64,000 nucleotides of DNA, from NCBI GenBank assembly GCA_903848655.1, contig CAINGT010000076.1, forward strand, positions 12,426-76,425. Reading direction: 5' to 3'. Every line of letters begins with the position of its first letter. Within the stretch, counting starts at the first letter, position 1. The notes under the pieces are model-generated. The model worked only from the letters and a program-made list of their open reading frames with translations, had not been told where the DNA came from and did no database searches. Positions 46,495 to 55,351 of this stretch are shown here, piece by piece. The position numbers were made by a program, and so were the translations under genes. Source of the stretch: an uncultured Sphingomonadales bacterium (GTDB lineage: Bacteria; Pseudomonadota; Alphaproteobacteria; Sphingomonadales; Sphingomonadaceae).

Positions 46495-46540
46495 CCCCTC
46501 TCCTTCAGGGGAGGGGCCGGGGGTGGGGGTGGGGGTGGGG
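46495..46540. repeat. REP-like element CCCCTCTCC-TTCA-GGGGAGGGG followed by a (GGGGGT)3-type G-run tract
   Basis: Hairpin at 46495-46516, then CCGGGGGTGGGGGTGGGGGTGGGG; lies between the convergent SDR and phhB genes. Confidence 0.7.
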
Positions 46541-46604
46541 CCGTGCCCCACACGCTCACCAAGCCGATGCCCCCCAAAGCAGAGGAGGTTATTACAACCC
46601 CCCT

Positions 46605-46898
46605 TCAGGCGTCGAACTGGTCGATCAGCTTTGCCAGCGCGATATCGCGCTTGGACAGGCCACCGGCATCGTGCGTGGTCAGGCGGATATCCACGCGGTT
46701 GTAGACGTTGAACCATTCGGGGTGGTGGTCGGCGCGTTCGGCAAGGATCGCCACGCGCGCCATAAAGCCGAACGCTTGGGCAAAATCGGCAAAGATCAGG
46801 CTGCGGGTGATTGCCAGCCCATCGGCGCTGAGCGTCCAGCGGGGCAGTTCGCCCAGCGCCAGCGCGCGTTCGTCCGGGGTTAGCGGGGATATCGCCAT
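46605..46898 (-). CDS. phhB: Pterin-4-alpha-carbinolamine dehydratase
   Basis: [11 protein letters not shown]...[31 protein letters not shown]. Confidence 0.93.
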   Translation of the reverse strand: MAISPLTPDERALALGELPRWTLSADGLAITRSLIFADFAQAFGFMARVAILAERADHHPEWFNVYNRVDIRLTTHDAGGLSKRDIALAKLIDQFDA

Positions 46899-46958
46899 CG
46901 GGTTTGCTCCTGCGGGGGTGCTTGTTCGTGTCCGGGCTTTCGCCTATCGGCTGGCGCG

Positions 46959-47534
46959 ATGCAACCGTGCCGTCTTGTCGCCCAAGCGCTCGCCTGCCGC
47001 CGGGGTGACCGGCTGTTGCTGCGCGGCGTGGATTTTGCGCTGGAACCGGGGGCGGCGCTGCATCTGTCGGGGCCGAACGGGATCGGCAAATCGAGCCTGT
47101 TGCGCATTCTGGCGGGGCTGATGCGGCCCTTTGCCGGGGCGGTGATCGCGGAAGGGGCGATTGGCTTGTGCGATGACCATCTGCCGCTCGACGGGCACCG
47201 GCCGCTCGCGCACGCGCTCGCGTTTTGGCGGCGGCTTGATGGCGCGGGCGCGGCGCGCGCCGATTTCGGGTTGGATGATCTGGGCGATGTGCCGGTGCGC
47301 TTCTTGTCCACCGGCCAGCGCAAGCGTGCCGCGCTGGCCCTGCTGGCGCACAGCGCCGTGCCGATCTGGCTGCTCGATGAGCCGTTGAACGGGCTGGACC
47401 GGCATTGGGTCGGCGTGGCGCAAGCGGTGATCGCGAGCCATTGCGCAAGTGGCGGGATCGCGGTGATCGCATCGCATCAGCCGCTCGATCTGCCGGGGCT
47501 GGCGGTGCTGGCGCTGGCGGAGCACTGCCCATGA
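46959..47534 (+). CDS. ccmA: Heme exporter ATP-binding subunit
   Basis: GPNGIGKSSLLR, LSTGQRKR, WLLDEP; coupled to ccmB. Confidence 0.9.
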   Translation: MQPCRLVAQALACRRGDRLLLRGVDFALEPGAALHLSGPNGIGKSSLLRILAGLMRPFAGAVIAEGAIGLCDDHLPLDGHRPLAHALAFWRRLDGAGAARADFGLDDLGDVPVRFLSTGQRKRAALALLAHSAVPIWLLDEPLNGLDRHWVGVAQAVIASHCASGGIAVIASHQPLDLPGLAVLALAEHCP

Positions 47535-48205
47535 CAGCGCGCACGGGCGCGCAACTCGCGCTGATCTTTCGGCGCGATTGCGCCAATCTGTTGGGCGGCG
47601 CGCGCGGACGCGGCGGCGCGGTGCTGCCGCTGCTGTTTTTTTTGGCGGTGGCGATGCTCTATCCGTTCGGCGTCGGGCCGGATGCGCGCCTGCTGAACCG
47701 CACGGGCGCGGGTGTGATCTGGGTCGCGGCGCTGCTGGCGGCGATCCTGCCGCTCGACCGGCTGGTCGAGCCCGATATCGAGGGCGGATGGTTCGACCAA
47801 TGGGCCTTGCGCGGCTTGTCGGAAGAGGCGTTGATGCTGGTGCGGATCGCGGCGCACTGGCTGTGTTTCGGGGTGCCGCTGCTGATTGCCACGCCGCTGG
47901 CGGCGGGCCTGCTGGCGCTCGATGGCGGGCAATTGGCGCGGCTGGAACTGGGGCTGCTGGCGGGCACTCCGGCGCTGGCGGCGATTGGCGTAACGATTGC
48001 TGCGCTGACCGCCGGGTTGCGCGCGGGCGCAGCGCTGGGTGGATTGCTGCTGATCCCGCTGGCGGTGCCGGTGCTGATTTTTGGCGCGGGGTCGATGCAG
48101 CCGGGCGGGGAAAGCGGAGTGCTGCTGCTGCTCGCCGCGAGTCTGGTGGCGCTGGCGGTCGCGCCGTTTGCGGCGGGCGCGGCAATCCGCGCCGCGCGCG
48201 AATAG
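47531..48205 (+). CDS. ccmB: Heme exporter permease subunit
   Basis: LPLLFFLAVAMLYPFGVGPD..LL...GAGVIWVAALLA, D...G..DQW, LLIPLAVPVLIFG. Start set at ATG 47531 (ATGA overlap). Confidence 0.9.
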   Translation: MTARTGAQLALIFRRDCANLLGGARGRGGAVLPLLFFLAVAMLYPFGVGPDARLLNRTGAGVIWVAALLAAILPLDRLVEPDIEGGWFDQWALRGLSEEALMLVRIAAHWLCFGVPLLIATPLAAGLLALDGGQLARLELGLLAGTPALAAIGVTIAALTAGLRAGAALGGLLLIPLAVPVLIFGAGSMQPGGESGVLLLLAASLVALAVAPFAAGAAIRAARE

Positions 48206-48268
48206 CTGTGGCGCACCGGTGCGGATTTGGCATTGCCGAGCGCGCGGGTCTTTCCTACCTGTAACACC

Positions 48269-49267
48269 ATGACCTTGACCCGCGCGCTGCCCGACACGTT
48301 AAGCCTGATCGGCAATACCCCGCTGGTGCGGCTGCACGGGCCGAGTGCGGCGGCAGGGGCGGAGATCTACGGCAAGTGCGAATTTGCCAATCCCGGCGGA
48401 TCGGTCAAGGACCGCGCCGCGCTGTTCATCGTGCGCGACGCCGAAGCGCGCGGCGCGTTGCAGCCGGGCGGCACGATTGTCGAAGGCACCGCAGGCAATA
48501 CGGGCATCGGGCTGGCGCTCGTCGCGAATGCGCGCGGGTACAAGACGGTCATCGTCATCCCCGAAACGCAGTCGCGCGAAAAAATGGATACCTTGCGCGC
48601 GCTCGGGGCCGATCTGGTGCTGGTGCCCGCCGCGCCGTTTTCCAACCCCGGCCATTTCGTCCATACCAGCCGCCGCTTGGCCGAAGAGACCGAGGGCGCG
48701 ATCTGGGCCAACCAGTTCGACAATATCGCCAACCGCCGCGCCCATGTCGATACCACTGCGCCCGAAATCTGGCAGCAGATGGACGGGCGGATCGATGGCT
48801 TTACGTGCGCGGCGGGCACGGGCGGCACGTTGGCCGGGGTCGGGCTGGGGTTGAAAGCGTTTGACGATGCGGTGACCATCGCGCTGACCGATCCGCATGG
48901 CGCGGCGCTCTATGCGTATTACGCGCATGGCGAATTGAAGCCCGAAGGCACCTCGGTCGCCGAAGGGATCGGGCAGGGCCGCATTACCGCCAATCTTGAA
49001 GGCGCGCCGATCGATACCCAGTTCCGCATGTCTGACGAAGAAGGGCTGTACTGGGTCACGCGCCTGCTTGCCGAAGAAGGGCTGTGCCTGGGGCTGTCGA
49101 GCGGGATCAATGTTGCGGGCGCGGTGGCGCTGGCGCGGCAGCTCGGTCCGGGCAGCCGCGTGGTGACGATCTTGTGCGACAGCGGGTTCCGTTATCTGTC
49201 ATCGTTGTATAATCCAGCGTGGCTGACGGCCAAAGGGCTGCCGGTATTCCCCTGGTTGCGCGATTGA
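48269..49267 (+). CDS. cysK: Cysteine synthase (PLP-dependent O-acetylserine sulfhydrylase family)
   Basis: IGNTPLV, KCEFANPGGSVKDRAA, EGTAGNTGIGLA, GTGGT, EGIG, GLSSG. Start set at ATG 48269. Confidence 0.9.
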   Translation: MTLTRALPDTLSLIGNTPLVRLHGPSAAAGAEIYGKCEFANPGGSVKDRAALFIVRDAEARGALQPGGTIVEGTAGNTGIGLALVANARGYKTVIVIPETQSREKMDTLRALGADLVLVPAAPFSNPGHFVHTSRRLAEETEGAIWANQFDNIANRRAHVDTTAPEIWQQMDGRIDGFTCAAGTGGTLAGVGLGLKAFDDAVTIALTDPHGAALYAYYAHGELKPEGTSVAEGIGQGRITANLEGAPIDTQFRMSDEEGLYWVTRLLAEEGLCLGLSSGINVAGAVALARQLGPGSRVVTILCDSGFRYLSSLYNPAWLTAKGLPVFPWLRD

Positions 49268-49281
49268 GCTATGATCCGGGA

Positions 49282-49641
49282 ATGGCGCTATTCGGTAGTA
49301 CCCCTGACCGGCTGAAACAGCTTCGCGGCCCGACTGCGGATCCTGCCTTGGCGGCGGGCGATGCTGCCTCGGGCGCACGCGCGCTGCGCGCTCAGGCTGT
49401 GCACCGGCTGCAGGTGGGGATGTTCGGGCTGGCGGCGATGCTGCTGCTGGTAAGTCTGGCCAGTGTCATCACCCAGCGCGTGCAGACCGCGGACCGCAGC
49501 ACCCAGGCGATCACCCCGTCCGCCAGCGCCAGCGCGGCCACGGCCAATGACCCGCTCGCCGATCTGGGCGTTGCGCCCGAAGTGCCGGTGGCCGCAACCA
49601 CTGCGGCGCACAAGCCCGGCAAGCCCGACCCGACCCGCTGA
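49282..49641 (+). CDS. Small single-TM protein of unknown function
   Basis: MALFGSTPDRL..., TM segment LQVGMFGLAAMLLLVSLASVI, Ala/Pro tail with DPLADLGVAPE. Confidence 0.65.
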   Translation: MALFGSTPDRLKQLRGPTADPALAAGDAASGARALRAQAVHRLQVGMFGLAAMLLLVSLASVITQRVQTADRSTQAITPSASASAATANDPLADLGVAPEVPVAATTAAHKPGKPDPTR

Positions 49642-49691
49642 TCCCCGCCGTCCCTGATTGGGGCGATTCGCGGCGCGATGACCGGGGCGGA

Positions 49692-49710
49692 TGCGGGAAA
49701 CTGCGGGAAA
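49692..49710 (+). promoter_or_regulatory. Two TGCGGGAAA direct repeats at 10-bp spacing (putative MraZ boxes, inverted relative to the main array)
   Basis: ATGCGGGAAA CTGCGGGAAA seen directly. Confidence 0.45.
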
Positions 49711-49853
49711 GCCGTGCCACTTCGGTGATCGCGCGTGCTGCCGGGTGTCAAAAACCGCACAATTCTGCGATTCCTGCGCAGGTAATGCGAAGCCGCAGCC
49801 CTCTCCCCGCGCGCCCAAGGACTCGCTCTAGACCGTTAGAAAATCAAAGATTC

Positions 49854-49897
49854 TCGGGAATATCCCGGATTTTCCCGTTGTTTCCCGCGCTATCCCG
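49854..49897 (+). promoter_or_regulatory. Putative MraZ operator: four T(A/T)TCCCG repeats at exact 10-bp period
   Basis: TATCCCG 49861, TTTCCCG 49871, TTTCCCG 49881, TATCCCG 49891. The first also forms CGGGA-ATA-TCCCG. The array is upstream of mraZ. Confidence 0.7.
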
Positions 49898-50012
49898 CGA
49901 TATGACCTTGCGATCAGGACGAATCCTTTGCCGCATCCATGGGGGATGAACCGCCACGCCCTGCGCGCGGCGGATCGGCGGGGGTTGGTCGCTTCAGGCT
50001 GGGTGCTGGTTT

Positions 50013-50513
50013 GTGGCGAGTGCGGCGCAAGGATATTATGGCAATGGCTTTTCGCCGCGCGGCGAAAAGGATCGCTATGTCCTGCCCGGCGATTTTCGCG
50101 CGGCGGTGCTGACCGCTTCGGCCAATCAGCCGATCTTGTGTCTGGATACGCATCACCAATTGCCCTGCCTCGTCGGGTTCGGGCTTTCGCGCGCCGATGG
50201 TTTTGCCGATCAGATCAGCCACGAAGAACGCATCGCGCTCGAACGTGGCGAACCGTTTGATCGCGAAGAACGCGGAGCGCAGCTTTATGGCTTTGTGCGC
50301 AGCAAGTTCGATGACTCGGGCCGCTTCATCCTGCCCGATTATCTGGGCGAAGCGATCAGCGTGGATAAAGCACTGTATTTCCACGGCGGCGGCAGCCATT
50401 TCACGATCTGGGCGCCCGATGTGCTCTACACGATGGGTCCCGGCTGGGACAATGCCAAGCGCAAATGCCGCAAGCTGATCGCCGATGCCCCGATCCGGGG
50501 TAAACGCGCATGA
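50013..50513 (+). CDS. mraZ: Division/cell wall cluster transcriptional repressor MraZ (divergent)
   Basis: First gene before rsmH; two AbrB-like motifs, GEKDRYVLP and [10 protein letters not shown], and a C-terminal [11 protein letters not shown]. Confidence 0.85.
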   Translation: MASAAQGYYGNGFSPRGEKDRYVLPGDFRAAVLTASANQPILCLDTHHQLPCLVGFGLSRADGFADQISHEERIALERGEPFDREERGAQLYGFVRSKFDDSGRFILPDYLGEAISVDKALYFHGGGSHFTIWAPDVLYTMGPGWDNAKRKCRKLIADAPIRGKRA

Positions 50514-51463
50514 CCGCCGCGCATATTCCCGTGCTGCTTGACGAGGTCGTGGCGGCGCTATCCCCGGCACCGGGCGCGGTGATCGCCGATGGCACATTCG
50601 GCGCGGGCGGCTATGCGCTGGCGCTGATCGCGGCGGGCGCGCGGGTCCATGCGTTTGACCGCGATCCCGATGCGATTGCAGGCGGGCGCGCGCTGGCGGC
50701 GGCGCAAGGGGCTGATCCGCAGCTCGTGCTTTACCACCGGCGCTTTTCCGAACTGGCCGATGCCTTGCGCGATGCCGGGGTGGGGGCGCTTGACGGCGTC
50801 GTGCTCGATATCGGGGTCAGCTCGATGCAGCTCGATCAGGCCGAGCGCGGGTTTGCCTTTGGCAGCGATGGTCCGCTTGATATGCGTATGGATCGCGCCG
50901 GGCCAAGCGCCGCCGATTTCCTTAATGGCGGCGATGAAACCGCCATTGCCAATGTGCTGTTTCAATACGGCGAAGAGCGGCAGTCGCGGCGCATCGCGCG
51001 CGCGGTTGTCGCCGCGCGTCCGTTGACCACCACGCGCCAGTTTGCCGATGTCGTGCGCCGCGCGCTCGGCTGGCACACGGGAATGCCCAAAGACCCGGCC
51101 ACGCGCAGCTTTCAGGCGGTGCGCATCCACGTGAATGGCGAACTGGACGAACTGGCCGCCGGACTGGCCGCCGCCGAAGCGGTGCTGGCACCCGGCGGGC
51201 GGCTGGCGGTGGTAACCTTTCACAGCCTGGAAGACCGCATGGTCAAACAGTTCTTGCGCACCGCATCAGGGCTGGTGCCCGGCGGGTCGCGCCATTTGCC
51301 CGATCAGCCGCGCAGCGCCGCCCCCAGCTTTGCCCGCCCGGCCCCGGCGATCCGCCCCGGCGCGGCGGAACTGGCGCGCAATCCGCGCGCGCGGTCGGCC
51401 ACTTTGCGCTGGGCCGTGCGCAGCGATGCCCCCCCGCGCGATGCCCGGGATCTGGCGGCATGA
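50510..51463 (+). CDS. rsmH: 16S rRNA m4C1402 methyltransferase
   Basis: [65 protein letters not shown]. Confidence 0.97.
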   Translation: MTAAHIPVLLDEVVAALSPAPGAVIADGTFGAGGYALALIAAGARVHAFDRDPDAIAGGRALAAAQGADPQLVLYHRRFSELADALRDAGVGALDGVVLDIGVSSMQLDQAERGFAFGSDGPLDMRMDRAGPSAADFLNGGDETAIANVLFQYGEERQSRRIARAVVAARPLTTTRQFADVVRRALGWHTGMPKDPATRSFQAVRIHVNGELDELAAGLAAAEAVLAPGGRLAVVTFHSLEDRMVKQFLRTASGLVPGGSRHLPDQPRSAAPSFARPAPAIRPGAAELARNPRARSATLRWAVRSDAPPRDARDLAA

Positions 51464-52161
51464 CGAAATCCTTGCACGCCCCGCGCTCGCTTGGCTGGAT
51501 TGCCGCGCTGATGATCGGTTTGGCGCTGGTCACGGTGCTGGCATTCCGCGTCAACGCCTTGCGCAGCCAGGTGCACAAGACCGACGCCGCGATCATCGCA
51601 TTGCAGCAGGAAACGCTCTATCTGGAAACCGAATTCGAGGCGCGTGCCAGCCAGCACCAGTTGAAGGCGTGGAATGATGTCGAATTCGGCTTTGTCGCAC
51701 CGGGCGCGGCGCAATATCTCGACAGTGAACGCCAGTTGGCCGCCTTTGCCAAACCGGCTGAACCGGGTGCCCCCGCGCCAGTGCGCGTGGCCAGCGCCGA
51801 TGATGATGCGGCTGCGGCGATGGCGTTTCCGGCGATGGTTTCGCCACTGACCGGTCGTCCGGTCGAACCGGTTCGCGCCAGCGCCGAACCGGCCGATGAC
51901 GCTGCGCCACCGCGCGTCGGATCTGCACTGGCGGACCGGATCGGCACCGTGCGCCACCGCGCAAACGACACCGAACTTGCGGTCAAGCCGAAACGACCTG
52001 TGCACATCGCGGTCGCCAAGACCACGGCCGAGCCGGAACCAAGCGCGCGCGGCCAGCATTCCGCCCGGACTTTGCTGGCGAATACTACGACCCACGCCCG
52101 AGCCGAGCGTACCGACGCGCCGGCAAAGACAGCGCACAAGGATCGGGGGCCGGCGCGTTGA
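51460..52161 (+). CDS. ftsL: FtsL-like cell division protein with a long low-complexity C-terminal tail
   Basis: Lies between rsmH and ftsI; single TM followed by a coiled coil ([31 protein letters not shown]). Confidence 0.75.
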   Translation: MTKSLHAPRSLGWIAALMIGLALVTVLAFRVNALRSQVHKTDAAIIALQQETLYLETEFEARASQHQLKAWNDVEFGFVAPGAAQYLDSERQLAAFAKPAEPGAPAPVRVASADDDAAAAMAFPAMVSPLTGRPVEPVRASAEPADDAAPPRVGSALADRIGTVRHRANDTELAVKPKRPVHIAVAKTTAEPEPSARGQHSARTLLANTTTHARAERTDAPAKTAHKDRGPAR

Positions 52162-53918
52162 CCGATATCAGCCCGACATTGGGCGCGCCCAACCTGCCTG
52201 CCCACCCGGCCACCACCGGGCGGTTGCACTTTGCCGATTTGCGCCAGCGGTCGGTTGAAACCGCGCGTTCGCGGCTGATCTGGGTGGTGATCGGGTTTGT
52301 ATTCTTTGCGCTGACCGCGTTCGCGCGCATCGGCCAGCTCGGTTTTGGTGCGGCGGCGCTGGCGCATGACGATGGCGCCGCGATGGCACCGCCGCGCGCC
52401 GAAATCACCGACCGCAACGGGGTGCCGCTGGCGCGTGCCTTTCCCGGCTATGCGCTGCGGTTCAATCCCGAAGCACTGGGCGGGAGCGGATCACCGCTGG
52501 TAAAAACCCCCGAAGAAGTCGCGCGGGCGTTGGTGCAGATCTTTCCCGACCTCGTTTATGGTGTGGTGCTTGACAAGCTGAAAGCCGGGGAAGCGACCGA
52601 ATTGCGCGGGCGGGTCTTGCCCGAACAGGCCAATGCGGTGCAGGCGCTGGGCGAACCCGCGCTCGAATTTCCGATCGTGCCGCAGCGGTTCTATCCCCAA
52701 GGCTCGCTCGCTGCGCATGTGATCGGCTATCTTGAGGCGGACAAGACCGGGTTGCATGGCAAGATCGGGATCGAAGAGACGCTTGATGCGCGGTTGCTCG
52801 ACAAAGCGCGCCGCGCCGAACCTGTGGCACTGAGCCTTGATGCGCGCGCGCAGGGTGCGCTGGAAGATGAACTCGCACGCGGGATTGCCGATACCCACGC
52901 CACCGGTGGCGGCGGGATCGTGCTCGATGCCGACAATGGCGAAATCATCGCGCTGGCCTCGCTGCCCAGCTTTGATCCGAACCGCCCCGACCTTGCGCTC
53001 AACCGGCTGGTGTTCAACCGCACGTCGAACCAGGTCTATGAACTGGGTTCGACATTCAAGCCGTTCACGATTGCTGCGGCGATTGATGCCGGGGTCGTCA
53101 CCGATCTGGCGGTGCGCTACCCGGCCACCCCGTTCAAAATAGCCGGGCGCACGATCAGCGACAGCCACAATCTTGGCGCTTCGCTCAATGTCCCGGAAGC
53201 GCTGATCCATTCGTCGAACATCGTTACCGCGCAAGTGGCGGACAAATTGGGCGGGCAGAAACTGCGCGACACGATGATCGCGCTGGGCATGAACACCCGC
53301 CCGCCGATCGAGATTTCCGCGCGGGGCAAGCCCTTGTGGCCGCAGGGCGACTGGTCACGCCTGACCACGATGACGGTCAGCTATGGCCACGGCCTGTCGG
53401 TCACGCCGCTGCATCTGGCGACGGGCTATGCCGCGCTGGTCAATGGCGGACTCTGGCGCCCGGCCACGCTGTTCAAGGTCGATCCCGCGCATGTGCCCGA
53501 AGGTCGCCGCGTGTTTCAGGCCGCAACGAGTGCGCGGATGCGGCAGTTGCTGCGGCTGATCGTGGTCGATGGGACCGGCAAACGCGCCGATGCGGCGGGT
53601 TTTCGCGTTGGCGGCAAGACCGGCTCGGCGGAAATCGCCGGCGCGCATGGCGGCGCTTATCGCAAAAACGCATTGATCGCGACATTTGCCGCCGCATTTC
53701 CCATGGACCGCCCGCGTTATGTGGTGATCGTCATGCTTGATGAACCGCAGGGCACCGAGGCCACGTCGGGCCAGCGCACGGCGGCCTATAACGCCGCGCC
53801 CATCGTCGGGCGGCTGGTACCCCGCATCGGCCCGATGCTGGGGGTCGCGCCCGACCGTCACCGTGATATCGACGTGTCCGATCTGACCCCGCTGGTCGCC
53901 AATGGAGAGGGCGAATGA
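52158..53918 (+). CDS. ftsI: Septal peptidoglycan transpeptidase PBP3
   Basis: RAEITDRNG, YELGSTFK (SxxK), HSSNI (SxN), GGKTGSA (KTG). TTG start. Confidence 0.95.
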   Translation: MTDISPTLGAPNLPAHPATTGRLHFADLRQRSVETARSRLIWVVIGFVFFALTAFARIGQLGFGAAALAHDDGAAMAPPRAEITDRNGVPLARAFPGYALRFNPEALGGSGSPLVKTPEEVARALVQIFPDLVYGVVLDKLKAGEATELRGRVLPEQANAVQALGEPALEFPIVPQRFYPQGSLAAHVIGYLEADKTGLHGKIGIEETLDARLLDKARRAEPVALSLDARAQGALEDELARGIADTHATGGGGIVLDADNGEIIALASLPSFDPNRPDLALNRLVFNRTSNQVYELGSTFKPFTIAAAIDAGVVTDLAVRYPATPFKIAGRTISDSHNLGASLNVPEALIHSSNIVTAQVADKLGGQKLRDTMIALGMNTRPPIEISARGKPLWPQGDWSRLTTMTVSYGHGLSVTPLHLATGYAALVNGGLWRPATLFKVDPAHVPEGRRVFQAATSARMRQLLRLIVVDGTGKRADAAGFRVGGKTGSAEIAGAHGGAYRKNALIATFAAAFPMDRPRYVVIVMLDEPQGTEATSGQRTAAYNAAPIVGRLVPRIGPMLGVAPDRHRDIDVSDLTPLVANGEGE

Positions 53919-55351
53919 AGCTGGTAGCGCTGACCGGCGACAGCACCGCCCCCGATGTGCGCGTGACCGGGTTTGCCATCGACCATCGCAAAGTTGCGCC
54001 AGGCACGGTGTTTGGTGCCTTTGTCGGCACCCGCGTCAATGGCGAGGATTTTATCGAAGCGGCGATTGCGGCGGGCGCGGTGGCGGTCGTGGCGCGGCCA
54101 TCGGCACACGTGCGCGGCGCGCTGCATATCTCCGCCGATGAACCGCGCCGCGTGTTTGCCGAAATTGCCGCGCGGTTCTTTACCCCGGTGCCCGCAACGG
54201 TGGTGGCGGTGACCGGCACCAATGGCAAGACCTCTACCGTCGAACTGACCCGCCAGATCTGGCGCATGGCTGGGCACCGCGCCGCCTCGATCGGCACATT
54301 GGGGGTGACCACCGCCGATGAAACGACCGCAACCGGGCTGACCACCCCCGATATCGTGACATTTCTGGCCAATGCCTCAGGCCTTGCGCGCGAGGGGATC
54401 ACGCATCTGGCCTATGAGGCTTCGAGCCACGGGTTGGACCAGTATCGCAACGAAGGGCTGCCGGTCATGGCCGGGGCCTTTACCAACTTGTCGCGCGATC
54501 ATCTCGATTATCACCTGACGTTTGAGGCCTATTTTGCCGCCAAGATGCGGCTGTTTGACGACGTGGTCGCCGATCAGGGCAGCGCGGTGGTGTGGGCGGA
54601 CGATGCGTGGAGCGCGCGCGCCATCGCCCATGCCCGCGCGCGCGGGCTGACATTGGTCGATGTGGGAATGGCGGGCGAAACCATCCGTTTGACCGCGCGC
54701 ACCCCGACATTGCTGGGCCAGACGCTCGAAATTGTCCACCAAGGCCGCGCGCGGACCATCGCCTTGCCCTTGATCGGGGCCTATCAGGCGGCCAATGCGC
54801 TCGTCGCGGCGGGGCTGGTGCTGGCCACCGGCGGCGATCCCGACCGCACGTTTGAGGCGCTGGCGCGCGTGCAGCCGGTGCGCGGGCGGCTGGAACGCGC
54901 GGCGATCACCGCCGCCGGAGCGCCGGTCTATGTCGATTACGCGCATACTCCCGATGCGCTGGCGGCGGCCTGCGCAGCGCTGCGCCCGCATGTCGCCGGG
55001 CGGTTGAGCGTGGTGTTCGGCGCGGGCGGAGATCGCGATGCGGGCAAACGCGCCGCGATGGGCGCGGCGGCGAGTGCGGGGGCGGACCAAGTGATCGTGA
55101 CCGATGACAACCCGCGCGGCGAGGACGCGGCCACGATCCGCGCCGCCGTGCTGGCAGGCTGTGCGCCGGGCGCGCGCGAAATCGCCGATCGGCGCAGCGC
55201 GATTGCCGCCGCGATTGGCGCAGCGGGGGCGGGCGATATCGTGTTGATCGCGGGCAAAGGCCACGAACAAGGCCAGATCATCGGGCGCGGCGATGCCATG
55301 CGGGTGCTGCCGTTCGACGATGTGCTGGTCGCGCGCGAGTGCACCGCATGA
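53915..55351 (+). CDS. murE: UDP-MurNAc-dipeptide:meso-DAP ligase
   Basis: VTGTNGKTS, EASSHGL, FTNLSRDHLDYH, VDYAHTPD, and DNPR (meso-DAP specificity motif). Confidence 0.97.
   Translation: MKLVALTGDSTAPDVRVTGFAIDHRKVAPGTVFGAFVGTRVNGEDFIEAAIAAGAVAVVARPSAHVRGALHISADEPRRVFAEIAARFFTPVPATVVAVTGTNGKTSTVELTRQIWRMAGHRAASIGTLGVTTADETTATGLTTPDIVTFLANASGLAREGITHLAYEASSHGLDQYRNEGLPVMAGAFTNLSRDHLDYHLTFEAYFAAKMRLFDDVVADQGSAVVWADDAWSARAIAHARARGLTLVDVGMAGETIRLTARTPTLLGQTLEIVHQGRARTIALPLIGAYQAANALVAAGLVLATGGDPDRTFEALARVQPVRGRLERAAITAAGAPVYVDYAHTPDALAAACAALRPHVAGRLSVVFGAGGDRDAGKRAAMGAAASAGADQVIVTDDNPRGEDAATIRAAVLAGCAPGAREIADRRSAIAAAIGAAGAGDIVLIAGKGHEQGQIIGRGDAMRVLPFDDVLVARECTA

Noticed and set aside
45826-48315. 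Long minus-strand ORFs 45826-47586 and 46944-48233
   Set aside because: Pro/Arg/Ala-rich shadow frames over the well-supported SDR, phhB and ccmAB genes.
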